Source: Atractiella rhizophila (taxonomy: Eukaryota). From it: 64,000 bases of DNA. The DNA lies in the NCBI GenBank assembly GCA_021432655.1, contig MU271406.1, forward strand, positions 1-64,000, given 5' to 3'. The notes beneath the pieces were generated by a model. That model saw nothing but the letters and a program-made list of their open reading frames with translations, ran no database searches and was not told where the DNA came from. Of this stretch, positions 14,473 to 24,415 are shown piece by piece (positions within the stretch are counted from its first letter, which is position 1; every line of letters begins with the position of its first letter). The position numbers and the translations under genes are program-made.

Positions 14473-14617
14473 CTATCGCCGGAATGCTTTGGGGTCATGA
14501 TGGGAGCAGTTGGCTAGCCGCTTCGCAGTGTCTTTTGTCTGCATCGAGTTGGTGGTGTCAACTGAATCAGGTGGGTGACAAGTGCGGTATCCGACACCGT
14601 ACCACAGCAAAATTGGC

Positions 14618-14633
14618 CGCGAACGCGACGCGA
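14618..14633. promoter_or_regulatory. MCB-like (MBF-binding) cluster upstream of PCNA
   Basis: CGCGAACGCGACGCGA holds three CGCG cores ~80-95 bp upstream of the PCNA ATG. PCNA/POL30 is a canonical MBF target in yeasts. Confidence 0.65.
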
Positions 14634-14712
14634 GGTTGCTCAACTGCTTACCACCAACTCTTCAACCTTCCAACTAATTTTACCCATTTCTCATACTCAA
14701 AACCTCTCTACA

Positions 14713-16425
14713 ATGTTTGTAAGTGCCTCGTTTGGTGACAGGACGCGTAGTCCAATGTATTTTTGACGCGTTCTGCCTGCAGGAAGCGAAACTCGAGCAG
14801 GCAGACACGTTCAAGAAGCTCCTCGATGGTCTGTAGTTACCTGCTCGCTGCTTTGGCTTATTGACGTGCATGGCAGCTATCAAAGAACTCGTCACCGACG
14901 CGAACTTTGAGTGCTCAGAGGAGGGTATTGTGAGCCTCATTCCTTCTCCATCCAAGAGCGACACGCGTCTCACAACTGTTCGGCACAGAAACTACAAGCC
15001 ATGGACAATTCCCATGTCGCACTTGTCGCTCTCGAACTGAAAACAGAGGCTTTCCACGACTCGTATCGGTGCGATCGTAACCTTAGCTTAGGCATGAACC
15101 TGGCATCTTTGGTCAAGATTGTGAAGTGCGCTGGAACCGATGATCGTATTACCCTCAAGGCGGGAGATGATGCTGACGTGCTTAACCTGGAGTTTCATAA
15201 CCCGAGTAAGTCCCATTTTTAGCTGGAAGGATGGGAAAGCGAGTCTGTGTATCTCATTCGGTTTCGACTGAGATGGCTTCACCGTGTTTTATCGTTTTAT
15301 GTGGATTGCTAGTTTACAAATAACAGGTGTTGTATTGAGCGCAACTTTCAGGACGCGTCATCCTTACACCGATGTTTTCACTCTTACACAAGAGGATTAT
15401 TCAGTCTCTTGTTATTTGTTATTGCTTCGTCGCACTTTCAGCTCGTTTCTTTGTGGAAGGACATGCCACTCATGCTGACTGGGTAAACGCATGCAGAGAA
15501 CGATCGGTGGGGTGAATACGAGCTGAAGCTCATGGATATCGACCAGGAGCACCTTGGTATCCCAGACACAAACTACGAAGCCGAGGTCGAAATGACCTCG
15601 ACTGAATTTCGTCGCATAATGGCAGATCTGAAGGATATCGGCGAGTCCGTCAAGATCGAAGTCACCAAAGAAGGAATCTCATTCGCAACCGAAGGGGATG
15701 TCGGCAAGGCCGCTGTGCATTTGAAACCTACGAGCAAGGTGAAGAAAAACGATAGCGACGATGATGACGATGACGAGGACGAGGACGAGGAAAGCGAGGA
15801 TGAGGATAAAAAGAGGGTCAAGAAGGAGAAGGGAATCAAGAAGGAGAAAGAGAAAAAAAGCCCGAAGAAAGCTAAGGATAGCGATGAAGAGGAGGAAGAT
15901 GTCAAGCCAAATACTCAACAGTCAGATGAGGAGATGGAAGACGTAGAGGAGGTCAAATCGAAGAAGAAAGTTTTGAAGAAGAGCAAGAAGGATTCTTCGG
16001 ACGAAGAGGAGGGAGAGGGGAGCGATTCGGACGATGACGCACCGAAGTCGAAGAAGCGAAAGAGAAACTCAGGAGAAGCGGCCAATGGGAAGTCTAAGAA
16101 GGGAAAGGGGAAAGCTTCCAGCGCCAAGTCGAAAAAGGGCAAAAAGATTGACGACGATGGCGACAAGAGCGGTATTCAGGTCAAGATTCACTTACAGCAA
16201 GCTGTCACCTTAAACTTCTCCATCAAATACTTGCTTAACTTTACCAAAAGCACAGCTCTTGCTCCTAACGTTAGGGTTCGTATTTTATTTACCGCGTTCA
16301 CAAAAAAATATACTAACGAACGAGCGCAGTTGTGCCTGAACTCAGAAGTTCCTCTCATGGTCGAATACAACTTTGGACCTGGACAGATTCGCTACTACCT
16401 CGCGCCGAAAATCTCTGACGATTAA
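14713..16425 (+). CDS. POL30: Proliferating cell nuclear antigen with a long charged insertion
   Basis: MFEAKLEQADTFKKLLDAIKELV, LQAMDNSHVALV, YRCDRNLSLGMNL, LMDIDQEHLGIP, FSIKYLLNFTKS, IRYYLAPKI. Introns 14719-14782, 14829-14876, 14930-14988, 15206-15496, 16276-16329. Confidence 0.97.
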
Positions 16426-16780
16426 GCGCACCAAAGATCTTCTGCATTATGTATTTTCTTTCATCCCGTCGTCGCCTTGGGTTTGGTTTTCTTGCGTTCT
16501 TGTCTCAGTGCACGGAATTCAAGACCCTTGTGTTCAAATTCCGAATCCAATAAGATCTTCCCATTATCATCAGTGCCTGTGAACTGCTACCATGCTGGGT
16601 GCTTTCCTGGCTGCTGAAAGCATGCCGACGGACAAGGAGGACAATCGGATTTGCAGTGGCGCTGAAATGGCGGAGTCGATACCAACAGCGTCAAAATCGC
16701 AACCAAATCCACCATCTTTCGCCATCGAACGACTCCTCCTTCACCATCTTTAGAGCTTCAGACGTGCATCAGAAGACAAC

Positions 16781-17875
16781 ATGACTGACCGTCTCAAGGG
16801 AATGTTTGGTAGCAAGAACGCGAAATCAGGAACTCTTTATTGGTGAGTTCTGAAGCCGGGAGAGATTGGGATGTGCAACTGATAATGAATTTTGTGATAG
16901 GTTTCCCCTCTCGATATGGGCCTCCTTTCCCATGCTGGCTCTCTATGAGAAGGGCTACCTCGACGATGTCACCCTGGAATCCATCGATGTCCCCAACGGA
17001 GGGAACTTCGCTCCCGATTTGTGCGCCTTTTTCCTACTTATTTAAGACACGGGTTGAGGATTGGCGGATATATCAGCCTAAAGTTGAATAAGGAAGGAAC
17101 CGTCCCAGTCTTCGTCGACCACAAGAAGAACCAAGTCATCGTCGGTTCAACTCAGTGTTTCGATTACATCGATACCACGTTCAAGTCTTCCCGCTCCTCT
17201 CACCCCATCTCGCTCCAAGCGGTCGGTGACAAGAAGGCTTCCCAAGACTTCTTCACCAACTTGATCCACTCTGCCGTCGATTCCAACTTCCTCCTCCTCT
17301 CCGCTCGGACGAGAGAGGAACTCGCACAGAAGAATGCCGGTTTTCCTGGAGACTTCTTGAGAGGAAGGCAGAAGGCTTTGACCCAGTATGCGGCGGAAGC
17401 TAGAGATCCTGAACTGAAGAAGTTCTATGATGCGAAGCTGGAGAGCAACACTGGAGTCCTCGCCCTTTTCGAAGGGAAGGCCGATCCGGATGGGTTCATT
17501 CAAGCGTCCATCGATGCGTGGTATGTTTCTGAATTGCACAGCTGCGGCACTTGTTGACTTGGGAATGAAACTAGGCTCGGTTTCTACATCTTCCTCCACT
17601 CCGTCGCCGACTCTACGGATGCCAACCCCTACCTCCTTGGATCCCAATTCACCTCCGCTGACGTGCATGTCGGAGCCTACATCGCTAGGGTTATCCTTAT
17701 CTCTGGCCATTCCGATATCAACAAGGTCGAGGAGGCGCTGACCAGCTTAGAGGCCCAAATGCCTAAAGAAGGCCCTCTTCAAGGTGCCATCCCCGAGAAG
17801 ATTAAGACGCTCTGGCGCAACTACTCAGCTAGGAAGAGTTTCAAGGATTTCTACGGTCAATACGGTCTTCATTAA
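16781..17875 (+). CDS. Glutathione S-transferase-like protein
   Basis: TLYWFPLSIWAS, GGNFAPDYISLKLNKEGTVPV-like N-domain with a cis-Pro VP, and C-domain LLGSQFTSADVHVGAYIAR. Three introns. Confidence 0.8.
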
Positions 17876-18199
17876 ACCATTAAACGCGAGCTGTGAAGGT
17901 GTTTGTGTGCAGGGATGGTATAGAGTCTCTTTTTAGCTTTGGAAGCCTTGTTGTGATCCGATCTTTATTCATCTTATTCTTGAGATGTTGTGGAGATGAG
18001 GATGTGCTTTTTATCGGTGGGAGCTGTTGTTACGTTTGAGATTGAGGCGATGGATCAAAACTCTTCTGCTGATTACGGTCTGCGTGAATGTTTCCTAAAT
18101 AACGTAACTGGATTATATCCCTAAATGCAATTCCATTTTGTGTTCTACCTACCTACAACTTGAAGCTATGAAAGGCCTAAGCGGCACGAACGAGAAAGT

Positions 18200-18760
18200 A
18201 AAAGAAAAAGCCAAAAAAGAGCACGTAAAAGAGAACGCCCCAACACGCCGCTTACGCGACTGCCTCTGAGGATCCAGAGGTGTTGGAACGCCGAGAATCT
18301 TCTTTCCTCTCTTCATATTATGTTTGAACGTCACAGGTTCGAACCACGCTGAGAGAGCTCCAATGTGTTTCAATGTCCCCATCAACTCAGCGACATCTAC
18401 TTCATCTACGTCGTACACCTGAGTTTCCAGCTTTTGGTCTGGTTCTTTGGTTCCGTGGCTCGTTAACTCCTCGCGTCTGCTACGCGTACCCCACGTTGCT
18501 GGGTGTACGTCATAATAAAAAAAAAAAAAAAAAAAAACTCTTCATATTGTGTTTGAACGTCACAGGTTCGAACCACGCTGAGAGAGCTCCAATGTGTTTC
18601 AATGTCCCCACCTCATATCAACTCAGCGACATCTACTGTACTTCACCCCGCTTTGAGCACCTGAGTTTCCGTCTTTTGGTCTGGTTCTTTGGTTCCGTGG
18701 CTCGTTAACTCCTCGCGTCCGCTGCGCGTACCCCACGTTGTTGGGTGTACGTCATAATGC
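18200..18760 (-). ncRNA. Candidate structured non-coding RNA, family unassigned
   Basis: Several nested helices, some perfect only with G-U pairs on the minus strand, a GUAA tetraloop, a B-box-like GGTTCGAAC and terminal T-runs. See findings. Confidence 0.3.
18309..18758. repeat. Imperfect tandem duplication (~208 and ~221 bp) separated by A21
   Basis: 18309-18516 and 18538-18758 are near-identical, differing by SNPs and an indel block. A-run at 18517-18537. Confidence 0.95.
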
Positions 18761-18914
18761 ATTCACGCGACAGCGAGACCTGTCCAGACAACCGTCTTCT
18801 GCCTCACGACGATCACAACAGCTGTCCTCCACAATCGCCTTCCTTCCTCGCACTCAGACCATACTGAGGGCGTGTCGCAGCGACCAGTGCAAACTGCTGC
18901 TCAGATAAGGAGAT

Positions 18915-21900
18915 ATGTCGGATGCGGTGGTTTATGAGGGTGGGCCATTGGATGTGTTTCTCAACGGTATGTGACTACTCCCTTGCTCGGTCAGAGGAAC
19001 ATAGGATGAGGATGTGATGAGCACTCTGTCATCAGTCCTCCTGGGCTGAATTGTTGACTTGCACTGTCAGATGAGTGGACTTGGACTCAGTCTTTGGCGC
19101 AATATGCTTGCAGGCCAGCAGCTACCATCAGAGCTCAATTGAGTCGCTCCTGCATTTGGCCATATCCGATCATCTACAGCCGCGTTGAGCCTTCCTTGGG
19201 GCTATCTCTTTCAACAGACTCATCAATTCTTGCAGATTGAGGGTTTCGTTTTAAATGATTAGCCCGCTTTTTACCTCCTCCAAAGGCACAATGCTTTCTT
19301 TTAGGCACGCTGACACCAATTTTTGCAACAGAATCCGGCATCCAAGAAACCACAGCATGCGAGCCTTCAACCGTCCCAACCCCACTTGCTAGAAGGAGAT
19401 CTTCAAGTGCTTCCTCAACTTCTTCCATGGTCTCCGCCTCCTCCCAACCACCTGTGACAGGACCCACAGAGGGAAGCACAAGTCGGTCACATGGGGTGGC
19501 GGATGCATCTACCTCCAAGCGGGACGAGGAAGAGCAGGCCATGAACCCTGTCTCTCGGTTGCTAGCTTACCTATCGCCTCCTCAAACAACAATCACATCC
19601 CTGCTATCTTCCTCCCCCTTCCTCTCCTCCAAGCCTCCTCCGTTCTCCTACAACACCTCCAGCTCCACCACACTCACAAGTGGAAGCAGTCTTGCTCACA
19701 CTCTCCACATACACCTCTCCACCTTGTTTCCTTTCCTTCCGCTCCTCCTCCTAGCTCCCATCCCCCTGCCGCATCGCTTCAACGTGCGCGACCTTCTAAA
19801 GACGCTACTACTGGTACCCTTCAGTTTGAGCTTTCTGAAGGGCTTGAGAGGGAAAGGAAGGAATGGAGCAGTCCGAGAACTCGAACTTCTCGTCAGAAGA
19901 TGGACTGCGTTCGACAGGACTGTGCAGGTGATCCTGAGGAAAATGGGAGAGGTAGAATCGTTGAAGTCCGGCAGGTCAATGTGAGTCTCTCCTCTTCCTC
20001 TCTTTCTCTCTCGGTTGTGGAAGAATACTGATTGCATAATGAAATGGTAGACCGAACAGACTTCCACCCGTCTCAAGACTGGAGACTTCCAATCTCACGC
20101 GTGCTGATACGACAGGTGTCCCGAATCACTCCTCCCAAGAGCTGCGGAAGAAGCTCCATCAGTCCCTTTCCGCCTCCACAATTGCGTGCGAAGCAACGAC
20201 CCAGTCATTGGAGAGCTGCTTGCGAGAAGAGGAAGTCGCAGGGTTGAAGGAGGCCTTTGGAGAGAGATGGGAGAAGACCGAGTCAGTGAAGGCGGGTGGG
20301 CTCAGCCCGGTTAGTGCGTCTCATGGGGTGAGACTGAAGGAGGTGGAACGAGAGAGGATCAGGGAGGAGTGGAGGAAGGAGGTGAGGGAGAAAGAAAAGT
20401 GGGTGCTCCTCGGGGAAGAAGAGGAGGAGGATGACAGGAGGGGGAAGAAGTTGGCTCTGAATTTGGAGAAGAGGAATACATGGAGTGGGAAAGCGAGGGG
20501 AAAGGGTTCGATTCGTGGACTCGATCTTAATGCGACTTCGAAGAGGACGAGCGTCACACACCTCTTTCCCCCTACCTCGAGCGAGACGTCACCAATCACA
20601 CCGTCAAGACCGGAGCATCTCTCCCTCCCTCATTCGCCCATCGAATCCTCCCCACTTTCTCCCACAACCGGTCTTGACTCTCCCACGACATCCATCTCCG
20701 GCGCATCACTACGTTTCTCCCTCCCTGTCCCCCTCCAGCGCACACATTCCGACCCCTCCTCCCCACTAGCAGATAAGGAGAAAAAGAGGAAGATGGTCAA
20801 GCGACAATCGTCCATTCGAATCATGTCCTCCTCCCTCACCTCCGACGGAGACTCGCTCCGCATGCCCTTTTCTCCTCCTTCGCCCAGACCTGGCGTGGAA
20901 CAAGCTTTCTCTCGTCTAGCAGGTGAGATTCCTCCGCCGGTGAATGTGTTGGGTGGAGGAATGGTCGAGGACCCTCTCCTGCTTGGCAATCTGAAGCGCG
21001 ACTTCGACTCCTTACATCTGGACCGATCCAAGGTCCTCCTCTGTCTCTTAGCTCTGGATATAGAGGGACAAGGAGGAGAGAGGAATTGGAAGCAGATCGA
21101 ACAGGTGCTCAAAGGATTGGAGAAGAGCGTAGGTGCGATGACTTTGGATCTGAGAGCGGCATATGACAGGGAGTGGGGGGACGGGAGCTTTGAGGAGATG
21201 GAGGAGTCAATGACTTTGTCTGCAAGTCTCGAAGGTGCGAATGAGAATGAGAATGGGCAAGATGGCAAGGAGTTCCCAAAGAGGAGAGGAGGCTGGATTC
21301 CCGGTGCTTGGCCGAAGAAGGAGGAACATGCAGCGGAAGCAGAGGAGACGAAGAAAGAGCAAGACAATAAAAGGGAGTTCTTCACCGAAGTGGGAGACAT
21401 GAACCTCTCGCTTCGTACAATTACCGCGAAACTTCAACTTTCGCTCAAGGATCTGCAATCGCTCCAATCCCTTCCTGCGCCGTTTCCGCAGCCGAACGAC
21501 GAGCAAGAGAACTTCGAACTCACGCTCGAGCGTGACAGGCTCCTCGAATCTTTTACCACCATTCACAAGGACCTCAGCAAGTTACAAGGACACTGGGAAC
21601 GCTCCCGCTCGCTTCTGATCGAACAGCTGTTCCCTCCTCCTCCCGCACCACCGCAAACTCTGGAGCCGGAAGAAGAAGAGGCGGAGGGTTCCATAGTCGA
21701 GCATGACGCGGAGACGAAGGAGGAAGAGGAGGTCTCACCGTCAGAGGCGAGGACTAGCTCCATCTTCTCTTCCGAACTCCTCACGCCCGATCGACCCACC
21801 ACACCGACAAATTTGGATGAGGACGTCTCGGAGCTCCTCCTGCAGGGAACGAATCCTGCCTTCCTCCCTCCTCCGGGGATGGAGCAGGTGTTTGAGGCTT

Positions 21901-22136
21901 TCTCGGGCTCTTTCTCTACTAAAGCAGGGGGGAAGGGGATGATGAGTCGAGAGGAGAGGATACAGAGGGCGAGGGAGGAAAGAGAGGGGAAGGAGAAGGA
22001 GAAGGAAGGAAGGGAGAGGAAGATGGATCCTGCCGCGATGGTGGTGGAGCTGAAGGACGTGATTGATGTGATGAAAAGGAGGAGGGAGAGGGTGACGACG
22101 ACCCCGTCACCCGCTACCAACCAAACCCCCTCTTGA
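18915..22136 (+). CDS. Vezatin-like / myosin-binding domain protein
   Basis: N-terminal MSDAVVYEGGPLDVFLNESG, paired hydrophobic helices, EVESLKSGRSIPNRLPPVSRLE, VLLCLLALD, and C-terminal MEQVFEA...SREERIQRAREER...MVVELKDVI. Introns 18967-19331 and 19981-20050 join the ORFs in frame. Confidence 0.7.
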
Positions 22137-22677
22137 GGACATCGCCTCTTCTTCACTCTTTCTCTTCCCTTCCCTCTTACCGAGAGGCGTAACTTCCTAT
22201 CTTCCGTCTTAATCAGTATTATCTGTTTATTCTTGAATTTTTATTCATGTCCTGAGAAGAGTGCATCTTGCAGTATCCTGCTTGTCTCCTATTTCTTACT
22301 CGGTTCATATCACACGTTCGTTAATATACCAAAAATCGTCACACAAGTTGTATACTGCTCAATGCAATAATCGTTCACCTGGACTAGAACGGCTGCGGTA
22401 GTGGTGGACTGGGCACTGGTAGAAAAGGGGGCGTTCGGTCGACTTCTCCGAGGGTTCAAGATTCGAAGGGGAGCATGAACTCGTCGAGTAGTAGGGACAA
22501 AAGGATGATCCTGCGGAAGTGAGAGAGAAGCGACTGGTCTAACATTAATGCGGCAGTATTGACTTTTCGACATAGATATGTATGAGGTAAAGAAAATCCA
22601 TCCCATCCAAACCAACCTCACTTTCGTCAGGGATTCGACGAGACGGGATGGGAGAGATGTACAGGTATAACGGGGGA

Positions 22678-23320
22678 CTAGGCCGTCGATTCCTTGAGCC
22701 AAGTGATAAGGTTACTTCGGTCCTTGTCCTTCTGTTCTCCCAATAGCACGTCAATACATCGTCGCACGAAGTAGAGAGAGGAATAAGGAAGGGACAAACC
22801 TTCAGACCAGCAAAGGCCATCTTTGTGCCTGGAATGTACTTCTTGGGGTTCTCGAGGTACTCAAACAGAGTGTCCTCGTCCCTTCATCCCACCAATCACA
22901 AAGATGTCAGTGAGTGACGTAGGAGGTAGGATGGTGGACCGACCAAGTGATACCCTTCTTGACGTTAGCTTCGGTGTAAGAGAACCCCTCCGCTTGTCCT
23001 GTCTTGCGTCCAAAGAGGCCTGTACAGCCAGAAATCAGTCTCTTCTCCAAAGCACAGCATGGGCGAGGTAGAAAAGGCAAAGGAGGGAGAGAAAGGGAAA
23101 CACACCGTGGAGGTTGGGTCCGACCTTGTGGGCTCCTCCTGCCTCAGTGGTGTGGCACTGAGCACAGCGAGTCTTGAAAAGAGCAGCTCCCTTGGATGCG
23201 TCACCTATCCCAGCAACAACATCGACGTCAGACCTCTTTGTTTTGCTGGTGGTTTGGGATGTCATGCAGCGACCAAGGGCGAGGTCAAGAAGAAAGTAAC
23301 ATACCAGCTTCGAATCCCAT
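22678..23320 (-). CDS. CYC1: Cytochrome c
   Basis: [24 protein letters not shown]...[23 protein letters not shown]...[25 protein letters not shown]. Contains CXXCH; four introns. CCAAT boxes upstream (~23357, ~23487). Confidence 0.98.
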
Positions 23321-24415
23321 GTTGGTAGCTAAATATGAGGTAATAAGAAGAATAGGATTGGCTGGTGGATGAGTTGGTGGTGGTTAAAAAAATGAAGGCA
23401 GACGTGGAAGCGCAATTTATGGGCGGGAAAGGTGAACCTTATTTGGCAGCTCGGAAAAAGTCGCCGTGACTTATCCGACCGATGTGATTGGTTTGCTCGC
23501 CATCACATCATCACTGTGTGCTGTCTGTTCTTTTTTCGACTTTAAAGAGTACAGGGAATAGTAACGGCGCTGAATCAACAGAGCTGCGTTGGTGCGTTAA
23601 CGCCAAGATAGGTCGAACTAGACGAACCAGACAGAGAAAACAGCCGTCCCAGTCACTGCATTGCGTTCACCCGCAAGTTAGATGATGTGCAAACGTGCTA
23701 TTCTTAACACCATAAATCAACATCTGATTTTGTTTACACATTTTGGATTCACCATCTCCTCACAAAGACGTATCCAAACAAGAAGGAACTTAAGAGATTG
23801 AGATGCGAACTCTGAAAGGTATTCATGGAGTATTAATTTCATCAAACTCAAAATCTGCATTTCTAGTCTTTTAATCTCAATGGATGTGGTAGAATAATCA
23901 CTTCAGTTGGTGCTTGCTGAAATGAAACCGTGATACCAAGCTTATGGATGGCCGGAAAGCTTACTCGCCAATTCTAGTGGTATGTCAGTAGCCAATCAAG
24001 TTCGTTTTCCGTGTTTCTTGTTTAGAGCTGCGCTGCAGCGTAGAGATTTCATGAATATCTCTGGTGTTTTTCTGACTGTACCATGTAAATTTGACCTTGG
24101 ACAGAATTCTGCCTTCTAGAGCACGTTTCATCGTGTGCTATGGATCCTGATATGCACACAGTATTCAGCGTTACGAAGACGCTGTGTCACCCAGTCTGTC
24201 ACGTCGCAGACCTCTTCAATCAACAGCTTCATCCGCCGCAGCTTGTCAGAGGATCCCATCAATCTGTCAACCATCCACGAAATCACGAGAGATTCGGACT
24301 GAATTTGGATAATTAAATGGTGACAGGGGTACGGACGTTGTATACAGAGAAGAAGACCCTCCTGCATCCAACCTGCCGATCAGGTTATTCGTGTTGGTAA
24401 CTCATTAAAACAAGC

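Noticed and set aside
15268..15290. CTGAGA in the PCNA intron, resembling the TPP riboswitch UGAGA motif
   Set aside because: No downstream ACCUGAUC...UAAU...GCG.AGGGA core, and the host gene is unrelated to thiamine.
18266..18300. CTGAGGA (CUGANGA) hammerhead-like core
   Set aside because: The following stem is not followed by GAAA, and no stems I/III form.
18330..18380. tRNA or RNase MRP identity for the 18-kb element (GGTTCGAA; ACATTGGAGCTC)
   Set aside because: No cloverleaf or A-box could be built, and no complementary CR-I/P4 5' strand was found.
18309..18758. CRISPR-like array
   Set aside because: Only two long units, no repeat-spacer periodicity, eukaryotic context and no cas genes.
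20283..22156. Long antisense ORFs opposite vezatin (similar ones lie opposite PCNA and Vps10)
   Set aside because: Shadow ORFs of low-complexity or biased coding sequence, with no domain features.
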